In this document: piece by piece, positions 19,769 to 31,830 of the stretch
Position numbering within the stretch: the stretch's first letter is position 1
How the letters are laid out: each line of letters starts with the position of its first letter
Origin: Streptococcus sp.
GTDB lineage: Bacteria > Bacillota > Bacilli > Lactobacillales > Streptococcaceae
Reading direction: 5' to 3'
NCBI RefSeq assembly: GCF_041802885.1
Contig: NZ_JBHCHN010000021.1
Location: 1,061 to 65,060, forward strand
DNA length: 64,000 bases
Made by a program: the position numbers and the translations under genes
Notes under the pieces: generated by a model
The model's input: only the letters and a program-made list of their open reading frames with translations
What the model was told of the DNA's origin: nothing
Databases searched by the model: none

Positions 19769-21610
19769 ATGACAACATTAAGAAATGATATCCGTAACGT
19801 TGCGATTATTGCCCACGTTGACCACGGAAAAACAACCTTGGTGGATGAATTGCTCAAACAATCCCAAACTCTTGATGAGCGGACAGAATTATCTGAGCGG
19901 GCCATGGACTCAAACGATATCGAAAAAGAGCGCGGTATCACCATTTTAGCGAAAAATACAGCAGTTGCTTACAACGGAACCCGTATCAACATCATGGATA
20001 CACCTGGACACGCAGACTTCGGTGGAGAAGTTGAGCGGATTATGAAAATGGTGGACGGGGTTGTCTTGGTAGTGGATTCATATGAAGGAACCATGCCCCA
20101 AACCCGTTTCGTACTGAAGAAGGCTTTGGAGCAAGACTTGACACCAATCGTGGTTATCAACAAGATTGATAAACCATCTGCTCGTCCAGCAGAAGTAGTG
20201 GATGAGGTTCTTGAGCTCTTTATCGAATTAGGGGCTGATGATAATCAGCTGGATTTCCCAGTCGTATATGCTTCAGCTATCAACGGAACATCCTCTTTGT
20301 CAGATAATCCAGCAGACCAGGAAGCGACGATGGCTCCAATCTTTGATACCATCATTGAACATATTCCTGCACCTGTTGATAATTCAGATGAGGCACTGCA
20401 GTTCCAAGTTTCCCTCTTGGACTACAATGACTTCGTGGGTCGTATCGGTATCGGACGTGTCTTCCGTGGCACCATCAAGGTTGGTGACCAGGTTACTCTT
20501 TCCAAATTGGATGGCACCACTAAAAATTTCCGTGTTACCAAACTATTTGGTTTCTTTGGCCTAGAGCGTAAAGAAATCAAGGAAGCAAAAGCCGGTGACT
20601 TAATTGCTGTTTCAGGTATGGAAGACATCTTCGTTGGAGAAACCATCACACCGACGGACTGTGTGGAGCCCCTCCCTGTTCTCCGTATCGATGAACCAAC
20701 TCTTCAAATGACTTTTTTGGTCAACAATTCTCCGTTTGCTGGCCGCGAAGGAAAATGGATTACCTCCCGAAAGGTGGAAGAGCGCCTCTTAGCAGAGTTG
20801 CAAACAGACGTATCTCTTCGTGTTGAAGCGACGGATTCACCAGATAAGTGGACCGTTTCAGGTCGTGGCGAATTGCACCTCTCTATCTTGATTGAAACCA
20901 TGCGTCGTGAAGGCTATGAACTGCAGGTATCTCGTCCAGAGGTCATCATCAAGGAAATCGACGGTGTCAAATGTGAACCGTTTGAGCGCGTTCAAATTGA
21001 TACCCCAGAAGAATACCAAGGTGCCATTATTCAATCCCTATCAGAACGAAAAGGTGACATGCTCGACATGCAGATGGTTGGAAATGGACAAACTCGTCTG
21101 ATTTTCCTTGTACCAGCTCGTGGTTTGATTGGTTATTCTACAGAGTTCCTATCTATGACTCGCGGTTACGGTATCATGAACCACACCTTTGATCAATACC
21201 TCCCTGTTATTCCAGGTGAAATTGGTGGTCGCCACCGTGGTGCCCTCGTTTCCATCGACCAAGGTAAGGCCACCACTTACTCCATCATGCGGATTGAAGA
21301 GCGTGGCACCATCTTTGTTAACCCAGGAACAGAAGTCTATGAAGGTATGATTATTGGTGAAAATGCTCGTGAGAATGACCTCGGTGTCAACATCACAACG
21401 GCTAAACAAATGACCAATGTCCGCTCTGCAACCAAGGACCAAACTGCTGTTATCAAGACGCCACGCATCTTGACACTCGAAGAGTCTCTGGAGTTTTTGG
21501 ATGATGATGAGTACATGGAAGTAACACCTGTCTCTATCCGACTCCGCAAGCAAATCCTGAATAAGGCTGAGCGTGATAAAGCCAATAAAAAGAAAAAAAT
21601 TGCTGAATAA
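19769..21610 (+). CDS. typA: Translational GTPase TypA/BipA
   Basis: AHVDHGKTT, ERGITI, DTPGHADFGGEVER; 613 aa. Confidence 0.98.
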   Translation: MTTLRNDIRNVAIIAHVDHGKTTLVDELLKQSQTLDERTELSERAMDSNDIEKERGITILAKNTAVAYNGTRINIMDTPGHADFGGEVERIMKMVDGVVLVVDSYEGTMPQTRFVLKKALEQDLTPIVVINKIDKPSARPAEVVDEVLELFIELGADDNQLDFPVVYASAINGTSSLSDNPADQEATMAPIFDTIIEHIPAPVDNSDEALQFQVSLLDYNDFVGRIGIGRVFRGTIKVGDQVTLSKLDGTTKNFRVTKLFGFFGLERKEIKEAKAGDLIAVSGMEDIFVGETITPTDCVEPLPVLRIDEPTLQMTFLVNNSPFAGREGKWITSRKVEERLLAELQTDVSLRVEATDSPDKWTVSGRGELHLSILIETMRREGYELQVSRPEVIIKEIDGVKCEPFERVQIDTPEEYQGAIIQSLSERKGDMLDMQMVGNGQTRLIFLVPARGLIGYSTEFLSMTRGYGIMNHTFDQYLPVIPGEIGGRHRGALVSIDQGKATTYSIMRIEERGTIFVNPGTEVYEGMIIGENARENDLGVNITTAKQMTNVRSATKDQTAVIKTPRILTLEESLEFLDDDEYMEVTPVSIRLRKQILNKAERDKANKKKKIAE

Positions 21611-21631
21611 TAAATAAAGGGAGAATCGGCT

Positions 21632-21889
21632 ATGTTTTACCTGATTATTGCCATTATGCTGCTCTTGTTTTATATTTTTGCTGCACCGCGCAATGTTAAG
21701 GGAACCATGAACCTGGTCGCTTCGGTCTTCCTCTTGGTAGGCTTGGTCATTGTCCTCATTCTTGGAATTTTGAAGGTAGTCCAGTCTCCGCCAGAAATTT
21801 GGCTATGTATTGGCATGATTGTCGTAGGCTTCTGGGCTATGTGGGACATATATCACATGCCACGGTCGGCATATACCAGAAAAAAATAA
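21632..21889 (+). CDS. DUF3165 family small membrane protein
   Basis: MFYLIIAIM...FAAP N-terminus; conserved position after typA. Confidence 0.8.
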   Translation: MFYLIIAIMLLLFYIFAAPRNVKGTMNLVASVFLLVGLVIVLILGILKVVQSPPEIWLCIGMIVVGFWAMWDIYHMPRSAYTRKK

Positions 21890-21896
21890 GATGATA

Positions 21897-22290
21897 GAGA
21901 GCGGGATAGAAATTCGATTTCGTCAACAAGTCTTTATTTCCAGTTGTTGACCTAAAATGGTCTATCCCCAGACCTTGAATGATGTGAGCTGACTACCGTC
22001 AGCTGCTATCTCCCACTTCAAAAGGTCTCCCAGACCTTTTGAACTCCCACCTCCGCATAGCTCAAACTGTCTGGGAGACAGTTTGAGGTTGGAGATAAAG
22101 CGAACTCCGTTCGCATCAATCGTATAGGGCTGTAAAAGCTGATTTATCAGCGCATTTTGACACAAACTCCGTTTGTTTCATTTCCGACCTCTAACAATCT
22201 CCCAGATTGTTAGAGCCCACTCAACCACTGCGCTATTAGTATTAAAACGAAATAGAGTTTGGAACTACTTTTGTCCCAAACTCTTCTTTT
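21897..22290 (-). repeat. Expanded SPRITE-like repeat with multiple hairpin modules
   Basis: Minus strand carries SPRITE-like motifs (GGGACAAAAG, GCGCAGTGGTTGAGTGGGCTCTA, ATCAGCTTTTACAGCCCTA, TGCGGAGGTGGGA, GACGAAATCGAATT, TCCCGCTCTC) interleaved with hairpins. Confidence 0.75.
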
Positions 22291-22320
22291 GTGTTACAAT
22301 GATGGTAGAAAAATAAAGGA

Positions 22321-23016
22321 ATGGACTTGCCTATGCTAGAGAAAAAACATATTCCGTCAGTCATGTCAGACCTTCGTTATGAGATCGTAGAGGTACCGGC
22401 CAATATCAAGCAATGCTCAGGAATCCAAATTTATGGCCGACGTATCAAATCGGTCATCTTTACTACGGATGTTTCCATCATTGCTAATAACAATGCCGAT
22501 GCAGTCCTAGCAGTTTATCCCTTTACCCCCAATCCAGCTATTCTCAAAAGTATTATGCAAGTTGCCTCAGTGCCTGTTTTTGCAGGAGTGGGAGGCGGTT
22601 TGACCAAGGGTGATCGATCAGGCAATATGAGCCTTTTTGCTGAGTCGGAGGGAGCCTTTGCGGTTGTGGTTAATGGACCAACGGATGTGCCAACAATTCA
22701 GACCATCAATAAAATGATTGATGTGCCCATCATCTATACAGTTGTCTCAGACAAGGCAGATATCGCTTCCCGCATCGAGGCAGGAGTGGATATCCTCAAT
22801 GTCAGCGGAGGTAGCCAAACGGCTTCCATCGTGACCAAAATTCGGGAAAGCTATCCTCATTTTCCCATTATGGCGACAGGTGGTCCGAGTCTAGAAAGCG
22901 TAGAAGCCACCATCGCAGCTGGAGCCAATGCAATCACATTCACACCGCCGAGCAATGCAGAACTCTTTAAATTCAAAATGGAGGAGTATCGCCTGACCGA
23001 AGAAAGAGGTCATTAA
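22321..23016 (+). CDS. Uncharacterised TIM-barrel protein (often annotated hydrolase)
   Basis: Long ORF with PVFAGVGGGLT, LNVSGG and MATGG phosphate-binding-like loops. Confidence 0.7.
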   Translation: MDLPMLEKKHIPSVMSDLRYEIVEVPANIKQCSGIQIYGRRIKSVIFTTDVSIIANNNADAVLAVYPFTPNPAILKSIMQVASVPVFAGVGGGLTKGDRSGNMSLFAESEGAFAVVVNGPTDVPTIQTINKMIDVPIIYTVVSDKADIASRIEAGVDILNVSGGSQTASIVTKIRESYPHFPIMATGGPSLESVEATIAAGANAITFTPPSNAELFKFKMEEYRLTEERGH

Positions 23017-23171
23017 TTAGTCTACAAGGTAAGAAAGAATAGGGAATTGCACCACTTGATACCCATTTAGAGAGAGTTTTTCAGCTCTTTCTTTTTTATT
23101 TAGTTTACTCTGGCTTGAAAAAGGAGCCAAATCAAGGTAAAATAGATGAGTTAGAAAGATTGGACAAAGAG

Positions 23172-24530
23172 ATGAAATACATTACAGACTTTAAAGATAA
23201 AAAGGTTTTAGTACTTGGCTTAGCCAAGTCTGGAGAATCAGCAGCCCGCCTCCTAGATAAACTGGGAGCTATTGTGACTGTCAATGATGGCAAGCCATTT
23301 GATGAAAACCCGACTGCCCAAAGTCTTTTGGAAGATGGTATCCGTGTCATCTGTGGTAGCCATCCTCTGGACTTATTGGATGAAGATTTTGCCCTTTTGG
23401 TGAAGAACCCAGGCATTCGATACGACAATCCCATGGTAGAGAAAGCCCTCCAAAAGGGCATGCCGGTTTGGACTGAAGTTGAATTGGCTTATTTGATTTC
23501 AGATGCCCCAATTATTGGAATCACAGGTTCCAATGGCAAGACGACGACCACCACCATGATTGCAGAAGTCTTGAATGCAGGCAGAAGGCCTGCCAAGCTC
23601 TGTGGTAACATCGGCTACCCAGCCTCCAGCGTAGCCCAAGAGGCTACAAAAGAGGACGTCCTTGTCATGGAACTCTCCTCCTTCCAGCTCATGGGTATTA
23701 AGGACTTTAGACCGCATATTGCTGTTTTGACCAACCTGATGCCTACACATATTGATTACCATGGATCAGTAGAGGCTTATATTGAGGCCAAGTGGAATAT
23801 CCAAAACCAGATGACTGCTGAGGATTTTGTAGTCCTCAACTTTAACCAAGCAGAAGCTCGTGAACTTGCCAATCGCACTCAGGCGACTGTGGTGCCTTTT
23901 TCGACCACTGAAAGAGTAGAGGGTGCTTATCTGGATGGAGAGGTTCTTTACTTCAAGGATGAGGAAATCATGAAAGTTAGTGATATCGGAGTCCCTGGCA
24001 GCCACAATGTGGAAAATGCTTTAGCGACTATCGCTGTGGCTAAATTATCTGGTGTTGACAACCAAGCCATTAAAGAAGCTCTTTCGCACTTTGGTGGAGT
24101 TAAACATCGTCTTCAATATGTAGGGGAAATTAATCAGATTTCCTTCTATAACGATAGTAAATCTACTAATATATTAGCTACTCAAAAAGCCCTCTCTGGT
24201 TTTGACAATCGTCAGGTCATCTTGATTGCTGGTGGCCTTGATAGGGGCAATGAGTTTGATGAATTGGTTCCTGATATTGAAGGTTTGAAAAAGATGGTCA
24301 TCTTAGGGCAATCAGCAGACCGTGTTAAACGAGCTGCGGACAAGGCAGGGGTATCATATGTGGATGCAATCGATATCGCCGATGCAACTCGTAAAGCCTT
24401 CGCACTGGCTACAGCAGGGGATATAGTCCTTCTTAGCCCAGCTAATGCTAGTTGGGATATGTATGCCAATTTTGAAGTACGGGGCGATCTTTTCCTAGCA
24501 ACCGTAGATGAATTAAAGGAAAAAGCATGA
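23172..24530 (+). CDS. murD: UDP-MurNAc-L-Ala:D-Glu ligase
   Basis: [26 protein letters not shown]. Confidence 0.97.
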   Translation: MKYITDFKDKKVLVLGLAKSGESAARLLDKLGAIVTVNDGKPFDENPTAQSLLEDGIRVICGSHPLDLLDEDFALLVKNPGIRYDNPMVEKALQKGMPVWTEVELAYLISDAPIIGITGSNGKTTTTTMIAEVLNAGRRPAKLCGNIGYPASSVAQEATKEDVLVMELSSFQLMGIKDFRPHIAVLTNLMPTHIDYHGSVEAYIEAKWNIQNQMTAEDFVVLNFNQAEARELANRTQATVVPFSTTERVEGAYLDGEVLYFKDEEIMKVSDIGVPGSHNVENALATIAVAKLSGVDNQAIKEALSHFGGVKHRLQYVGEINQISFYNDSKSTNILATQKALSGFDNRQVILIAGGLDRGNEFDELVPDIEGLKKMVILGQSADRVKRAADKAGVSYVDAIDIADATRKAFALATAGDIVLLSPANASWDMYANFEVRGDLFLATVDELKEKA

Positions 24531-25603
24531 AAAAAATAGTCTTTACAGGAGGAGGGACCGTGGGGCATGTGACGCTCAATCTCCTTCTGATTCCCCGTTT
24601 TATCGAGGATGGCTGGGAAGTACATTATATTGGTGATGAGCATGGTATTGAGCACGAACAAATCACTAATTCGGGGTTGGATATCAGTTTCCATTCCATA
24701 GCGACTGGAAAACTCCGCAGATATTTTTCTTGGCAAAACCTTTTGGATACTTTCAAGGTTGCTTTTGGTATCGTTCAGTCCCTTGTTATTATTTTTAAAA
24801 TGAAGCCACAAGCCCTCTTTTCTAAGGGAGGTTTTGTTTCTGTGCCTGCTGTTATTGCCGCTAAGTTGCTGGGGGTTCCTGTCTTTATCCACGAGTCAGA
24901 TTTATCTATGGGACTGGCAAACAAGATTGCATATAGGTTTGCAAACATCATGTACACTACCTTTGAGCAGGACTCCAGTTTGACGAAGGTTAAGCATGTG
25001 GGGGCGGTGACAAAGGTGGATACAAAGACCAATGTAATACCCATTCAGCTCCCAGACATCATGTCTCATTTTGATAACAAGTTGAAGACCCTTTTGTTTG
25101 TTGGTGGTTCTGGCGGTGCCAAAGTTTTTAATGATTTTATCAGCCAACATGAAGAGGCACTGACCAAACGATTCAACATCATCAATTTGACAGGGGATTC
25201 CTCTCTCAATAAACTGAGCAAAAATATTTACCGTGTAGATTATGTGACAAATTTGTACCAACCGTTGCTAGAAGCATCAGATTTGGTGGTGACACGCGGT
25301 GGCTCCAATACTCTCTTTGAATTGCTAGCCTTACAAAAACTGCACCTCATTATTCCATTGGGCAAACAAGCCAGTCGAGGAGATCAGCTTGAAAATGCCC
25401 GTTATTTTGAGGGAAAAGGCTATGCCAAGCAGTTGGAGGAAAGCCAACTCAGTTTGGACAATCTCTTAAAGGCAATTCAAGATGTATTTGCACAAGAAGT
25501 TGTGTATAAGGATAAGATGTCCCATACGCAGGAAATCCAATCAGTGGAGAGTTTTTATACTCTTCTAAGGGCAGATGTAGATGGAAAGGAGCGTCATGAC
25601 TGA
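24527..25603 (+). CDS. murG: Undecaprenyl-PP-MurNAc-pentapeptide GlcNAc transferase
   Basis: [25 protein letters not shown]. Confidence 0.97.
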   Translation: MKKIVFTGGGTVGHVTLNLLLIPRFIEDGWEVHYIGDEHGIEHEQITNSGLDISFHSIATGKLRRYFSWQNLLDTFKVAFGIVQSLVIIFKMKPQALFSKGGFVSVPAVIAAKLLGVPVFIHESDLSMGLANKIAYRFANIMYTTFEQDSSLTKVKHVGAVTKVDTKTNVIPIQLPDIMSHFDNKLKTLLFVGGSGGAKVFNDFISQHEEALTKRFNIINLTGDSSLNKLSKNIYRVDYVTNLYQPLLEASDLVVTRGGSNTLFELLALQKLHLIIPLGKQASRGDQLENARYFEGKGYAKQLEESQLSLDNLLKAIQDVFAQEVVYKDKMSHTQEIQSVESFYTLLRADVDGKERHD

Positions 25604-26729
25604 AAAAGATATACATGAAGCGACAGACTCAGAAACGAGTCCATCTTCTGCACCAGAAGAAATGGTTCCAGCTGACAAGAACTCTTCTGAAGAGGATTCT
25701 GAAAGTAGGGAGCCTGTGGCAGAGACTCTTGAAGAAAAAGCAGCCCCTGAGTCTGAAAGTGAAGAAAACCTAGAAGAAGAAACACAAGAAAAGCAGGAGG
25801 AAGAAGCTAACGAGCCCAGTGAGTTTTTGCAAAAATGGCAAGAACGACATGAGGCTTATTTGGCGAGCCAAAAAGAGGGAGAGAAATCCCAATCAGAACA
25901 GGATCAAACGAAGAAAAAGTCAAGCCAGAAAAAACCAACCCTTTTCAAGAAAAAAGAGCAACTGGAGATAGATCCACTAATCTTATCCCAGGAGAAAAGT
26001 CCAAGTGACTCAGACAATGACAATCGCAAAGTGAAAATCCCTCAGGAACTAATCTGGAAAGCGACTCCCATTATCGCCCTTGCCCTTTCTATTGCGATTA
26101 TCTGTCTGTATTTTATCACCCCATTCGGGAAGTTGAAACAACTCATCATCAAAGGCAACGATCATGTAGAGTCCACAAAAATTGTAAAGGCTAGCCTGAT
26201 TCGGCAAGAAGATTATGTTTTGTCCACTCTAATCAATCGTTCGGGTCATGAAAACAATATCAAACAGTCGAGTCCCTGGGTCAAGGATGTAGCCATCGGT
26301 TTTAGCTTTCCTAATACCTTTACGATTTCCATTCAAGAATACAATCAAATTGGCTTTGTCAAACAAGGTGAAAAATACTTTTCCGTGCTCTCGAGCGGTG
26401 CAGTATCTGAAACGGAAACATCACAGGACCAACTTCCCCCTGTTTATACAACCATCCACCTGACAGACCGCGAACTGATTAAAAAACTAGTGTTGCAGTT
26501 GGCAAATGTGAATCCATCCATCTTGGCAGATATTCAAGATATCCAGTTGACTCCTAGCAAGGTAACCAATGATCTCTTGACCCTAACCATGTTCAGTGGA
26601 CACAAGGTTTTAGTGCCTCTTTCGGATATTGATTACAAGTTACCATACTACGAAAAAATTGCACCTCAACTACAGGTAGCCAGTATTGTTGATATGGAAG
26701 TCGGAATTTTTAGCTATGCCAGTCCATAA
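25596..26729 (+). CDS. divIB: Cell division protein DivIB/FtsQ
   Basis: Acidic N-terminus, TM, POTRA region, DMEVGIFSY end; synteny. Confidence 0.9.
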   Translation: MTEKDIHEATDSETSPSSAPEEMVPADKNSSEEDSESREPVAETLEEKAAPESESEENLEEETQEKQEEEANEPSEFLQKWQERHEAYLASQKEGEKSQSEQDQTKKKSSQKKPTLFKKKEQLEIDPLILSQEKSPSDSDNDNRKVKIPQELIWKATPIIALALSIAIICLYFITPFGKLKQLIIKGNDHVESTKIVKASLIRQEDYVLSTLINRSGHENNIKQSSPWVKDVAIGFSFPNTFTISIQEYNQIGFVKQGEKYFSVLSSGAVSETETSQDQLPPVYTTIHLTDRELIKKLVLQLANVNPSILADIQDIQLTPSKVTNDLLTLTMFSGHKVLVPLSDIDYKLPYYEKIAPQLQVASIVDMEVGIFSYASP

Positions 26730-26887
26730 CTGGGAAAAATATCTAAAAAAAGTTTAAAAATTATGGAAAAAAAGCGGTTATTCTCCCCATTTTAAAAGAT
26801 TGTGTGTTATAATGGAGGATGAATAATTCTATTTTTCCTAAATAGGAGAATCATATAAAAACTCGGAAGTAAGAGAGGACTGATAGA

Positions 26888-28264
26888 ATGGCTAGAAATG
26901 GCTTTTTTACGGGATTAGATATTGGAACCAGCACTATTAAGGTCTTGGTCGCAGAATATATTGATGGACAGATGAATGTCATTGGTGTCAGTAATGTCAA
27001 AAGTGCTGGTGTCAAGGACGGTATTATTGTAAATATTGACGTAGCAGCAAATGCAATCAAAACGGCTCTTGCACAGGCAGAAGAAAAGGCAGGAATTCGG
27101 ATTGATAAGGTCAATGTTGGCTTGCCAGCTAACCTACTTCAAATTGAGCCAACTCAAGGTATGATTCCAGTGACCACCAATTCACAGGAAATCACCGATG
27201 TGGATGTAGAGAATGTTGTAAAATCAGCTCTGACAAAGAGCATGACACCAGAGCGTGAAGTGATTTCCTTTGTTCCAGAAGAATTTGTAGTGGATGGCTT
27301 CCAAGGAATCAAGGACCCACGTGGTATGATGGGGATTCGCTTGGAAATGCGCGGTTTGCTTTACACTGGTCCACGGACAATCTTGCACAACCTTCGTAAG
27401 ACAGTTGAACGTGCAGGTGTTCAGGTGGAGAACATTGTGATTTCTCCGCTGGCCCTGACACGCTCAATCCTCAATGAAGGGGAAAAAGAGTTTGGTGCGA
27501 CCGTTATTGATCTCGGTGGTGGTCAAACAACAGTTGCCGTGATGCGCGGACAAGAGTTGCAGTACACCAATATCTACCAAGAAGGTGGCGACTACATTAC
27601 CAAAGATATTTCTAAAGTCTTGACAACATCTCAAAGCATAGCGGAAAACTTGAAGTTCAACTATGGCATTGCTTATCCGCAACAAGCGACTGAAAAAGAG
27701 AAATTCACAGTTGAAGTGATTGGAGAGAGTAATCCAGTTGAAGTGACAGAGCGTTACTTATCTGAGGTCATTGCGGCCCGCCTTCGTCAAATTTTCACTC
27801 GTGTGAAACAAGATTTGGAGCGTACTCGTGCCCTTGAGTTGCCAGGTGGAGTTGTCCTCGTTGGTGGTGGCGCCATTTTACCAGGTATTACAGAATTGGC
27901 GCAAGAAATCTTGGGCGTCAATACTAAATTATATATTCCAAACCAAATCGGTATTCGCAACCCATCCTTCGCCCATGTGATTGCTCTTGTTGAGTATGTT
28001 GGTGGTTTGGATGATGTTGAAAAAATCTCCCAAGCAGCGGTCAACGGAGAAGCAGATCTTCGTCAAAAACCAATTGACATTCCAGTAGCTTCCAAACGAC
28101 CAAGTGCTTCACCAATTGTTCCAAAACCAGTAGCTGCTGAGCCATACTCTGAAGAGGAAGTTCAAGCCGATGCTCCTGCCTACGCGAACAATTCAGAAGC
28201 GGAAGAACCAAAATCTAACATTGGAGATCGTCTCCGCGGGTTCTTCGGAAGCATGTTTGAGTAA
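26888..28264 (+). CDS. ftsA: Cell division protein FtsA
   Basis: GLDIGTSTIKV, IDLGGGQT, C-terminal amphipathic FFGSMFE. Confidence 0.97.
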   Translation: MARNGFFTGLDIGTSTIKVLVAEYIDGQMNVIGVSNVKSAGVKDGIIVNIDVAANAIKTALAQAEEKAGIRIDKVNVGLPANLLQIEPTQGMIPVTTNSQEITDVDVENVVKSALTKSMTPEREVISFVPEEFVVDGFQGIKDPRGMMGIRLEMRGLLYTGPRTILHNLRKTVERAGVQVENIVISPLALTRSILNEGEKEFGATVIDLGGGQTTVAVMRGQELQYTNIYQEGGDYITKDISKVLTTSQSIAENLKFNYGIAYPQQATEKEKFTVEVIGESNPVEVTERYLSEVIAARLRQIFTRVKQDLERTRALELPGGVVLVGGGAILPGITELAQEILGVNTKLYIPNQIGIRNPSFAHVIALVEYVGGLDDVEKISQAAVNGEADLRQKPIDIPVASKRPSASPIVPKPVAAEPYSEEEVQADAPAYANNSEAEEPKSNIGDRLRGFFGSMFE

Positions 28265-28269
28265 ATTAA

Positions 28270-29508
<1,239 letters not shown>

Positions 29509-29509
29509 A

Positions 29510-30181
29510 ATGAACTTTCAAAAGAATAAAGATGAGGTCTTTCAAGCTGTTGCCAATGCAACAGAAGAAGCCCATCGACCACAAAATTCAGTAAAGATAA
29601 TAGCTGTCACAAAGTATGTTGACAGCTCTATTGCTAAAGACCTCCTAAAAACAGGAATTGAACATATCGGTGAAAATCGAGTAGATAAATTTCTAGAGAA
29701 ATACGAGGCCTTGGCGAATCTAAAACTGACCTGGCATCTTATCGGGAGCCTTCAGAGACGCAAGGTCAAGGATATCATCAACTATCTGGATTATTTCCAT
29801 GCCCTTGATTCTGTCAAATTGGCTGCTGAGATTCAAAAAAGAGCCAATAAGCCCATCAAATGTTTTCTTCAGGTGAATGTTTCCAAAGAAGAGAGCAAGC
29901 ATGGATTTATGGTAGAGGACATTCATCAAGCAATCGAAACTATCAAAAATTACGATAAAATTGAATTGGTTGGTCTCATGACCATGGCCCCTTTTGGAGC
30001 TGATGCGGACCAACTCAAGGATATTTTTTCAAAAACACATGCTTTACAAAAGGAATTGCAACAGCTTGGAATTGCCAACATGCCTTTCACAGAATTGAGT
30101 ATGGGAATGAGCGGTGATTTTAAAGAAGCTATCGCAAATGGTTCGACTTTTGTCCGTATTGGAACAGCATTTTTTAAGTGA
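29510..30181 (+). CDS. ylmE: YggS/YlmE PLP-binding protein
   Basis: IIAVTKY, WHLIGSLQRRKV, LSMGMSGD. Confidence 0.93.
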   Translation: MNFQKNKDEVFQAVANATEEAHRPQNSVKIIAVTKYVDSSIAKDLLKTGIEHIGENRVDKFLEKYEALANLKLTWHLIGSLQRRKVKDIINYLDYFHALDSVKLAAEIQKRANKPIKCFLQVNVSKEESKHGFMVEDIHQAIETIKNYDKIELVGLMTMAPFGADADQLKDIFSKTHALQKELQQLGIANMPFTELSMGMSGDFKEAIANGSTFVRIGTAFFK

Positions 30182-30191
30182 GGAACATAAA

Positions 30192-30752
30192 GTGGCACTG
30201 AAAGACACATTTAAAAGTTTATTTAGTTACTTCGAAATTGACGATTCAGCTGATGGAGAAGAGAGAGGAGGAGCCTACCGCATGGAAAATGATACCCCAA
30301 AAATGCGCGTTGCCCCAGCTCCTACTCCAGCAGAACGCAATGATGTAGTTGAAATGAGAAGAACTCCCAGTCGTTCGCAGGCACCCGTTGAGCAGACCAA
30401 TCTTCAACGTTTGAATGAGCGCCAGCAAGAACTGCAGTCGGAGTCGGAAGCAAAGAAAACAACCATTGACATCAAGTTTCCTAAGAGATATGAAGAGGCT
30501 CCTGAAATCGTCAATCTTCTCTTGGGAAATGCCAGTGTCTTGATTGACTTCCAGTATATGTCTGAAACCCAGGCTCGCCGTTGTCTAGATTACTTGGACG
30601 GCGCCCGCTCTGTATTGGCTGGAAACTTGAAGAAGGTTTCCAATACCATGTGGCTTCTGACCCCAGTTAATGTGACAGTTAAGATTGAAGAGTTGCGTTC
30701 AGCTAGTTCTGCTCCATCAGAGTCGCATTTTGACTATGATATGAGACGGTAA
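30192..30752 (+). CDS. sepF: Cell division protein SepF
   Basis: GTG start; RCLDYLDGARSVLAGNLKKVS. Confidence 0.92.
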   Translation: MALKDTFKSLFSYFEIDDSADGEERGGAYRMENDTPKMRVAPAPTPAERNDVVEMRRTPSRSQAPVEQTNLQRLNERQQELQSESEAKKTTIDIKFPKRYEEAPEIVNLLLGNASVLIDFQYMSETQARRCLDYLDGARSVLAGNLKKVSNTMWLLTPVNVTVKIEELRSASSAPSESHFDYDMRR

Positions 30753-30757
30753 TTAGT

Positions 30758-31018
30758 ATGCAGATGATCATTATTATCCTCTTGAGAGCTATTGAGATTT
30801 ATTCTTATGTCCTACTGGCCTATGTTGTTCTCACTTGGATTCCAAGCCTTTATGACACGGCCTTAGGTAGACTGATTGTTTCCTTGGTTCGGCCTGTCAT
30901 CACCCCTTTTCGAAAACTTAACCTTCAATTCTTCGGCCTAGATTGGACAGTGTTTGTCATTTGGATAATTTTAAATGTCATTTCTAGGATTCTTGTCCGA
31001 CTACTATTCTTCCTCTAA
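30758..31018 (+). CDS. ylmG: YggT/YlmG membrane protein
   Basis: LTWIP...GLDWT motifs; synteny. Confidence 0.88.
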   Translation: MQMIIIILLRAIEIYSYVLLAYVVLTWIPSLYDTALGRLIVSLVRPVITPFRKLNLQFFGLDWTVFVIWIILNVISRILVRLLFFL

Positions 31019-31030
31019 AGGAATGATAAG

Positions 31031-31822
31031 ATGAAGAGAACAGAAGGAATTTTTCAACATTTTGCTCCTGATGAGAGGGGTTTTGTTGAAAAAATGATGG
31101 ATATTTGCCAACAGGTTGAAGAGACCTATTCTTATCATTTGACTTCCTTTCTCAATCCCAGAGAGGAGGAGATTCTCCAATCTCTTGCAGGATATTTTCA
31201 TTTAAAGCTATTTTCGAGTCGACAAATTATAGCAACAGAATTCATCAGAGTCATTGTTGCACCAGACTACTACCTTTTGAATGAAGAGGATTTTGACATC
31301 ATGGCTCTTGAAATTTGCTATCCAAGGAAATTTCATCAGTTGAGCCATGCGCAAGTTTTGGGGACACTGTTGAACCAACTGGGAATCAGAAGGGAATTCA
31401 TAGGAGACATTCTGGTAGGTGATGAGCAGCTTTTTGTGATATTGGATAGAAAATTTGGAGACTTAGCCAAAAGTACGGTCTCTAAAATATCTCGTGTTCC
31501 TGTCACTTGGAAGGATTATACCTTATCTCAGCTTCCCATAGGGGCCAATCAAGATTATAAGAGCTATCAAGTGCTCGTGTCTAGTCTGCGGTTGGATAAG
31601 TTGATAGCTATCGGATTTAAACTTTCACGCTCTCATGCCCTTAAGCTCATAGAATCGGGACAAGTAAAGGTCAACTACAAAGAGGTCAAGCAAGCTGGCA
31701 AAACCTTGGATATAGGCCATTTAATCAGCGTGAGGGGTTTTGGAAGATTGAAATTGAAAGAATTTTTAGGTTTCTCTAAGCAAGGCAAGTTAAAATTAGA
31801 GATCGAAATTATAAAGAAGTAG
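31031..31822 (+). CDS. ylmH: YlmH S4-domain RNA-binding protein
   Basis: SLRLDKLIA, ISVRGFGRL. Confidence 0.9.
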   Translation: MKRTEGIFQHFAPDERGFVEKMMDICQQVEETYSYHLTSFLNPREEEILQSLAGYFHLKLFSSRQIIATEFIRVIVAPDYYLLNEEDFDIMALEICYPRKFHQLSHAQVLGTLLNQLGIRREFIGDILVGDEQLFVILDRKFGDLAKSTVSKISRVPVTWKDYTLSQLPIGANQDYKSYQVLVSSLRLDKLIAIGFKLSRSHALKLIESGQVKVNYKEVKQAGKTLDIGHLISVRGFGRLKLKEFLGFSKQGKLKLEIEIIKK

Positions 31823-31830
31823 GAGACATT

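Noticed and set aside
21962-22165. 67-aa minus-strand ORF
   Set aside because: It lies entirely within the SPRITE-like hairpin element and is probably incidental.
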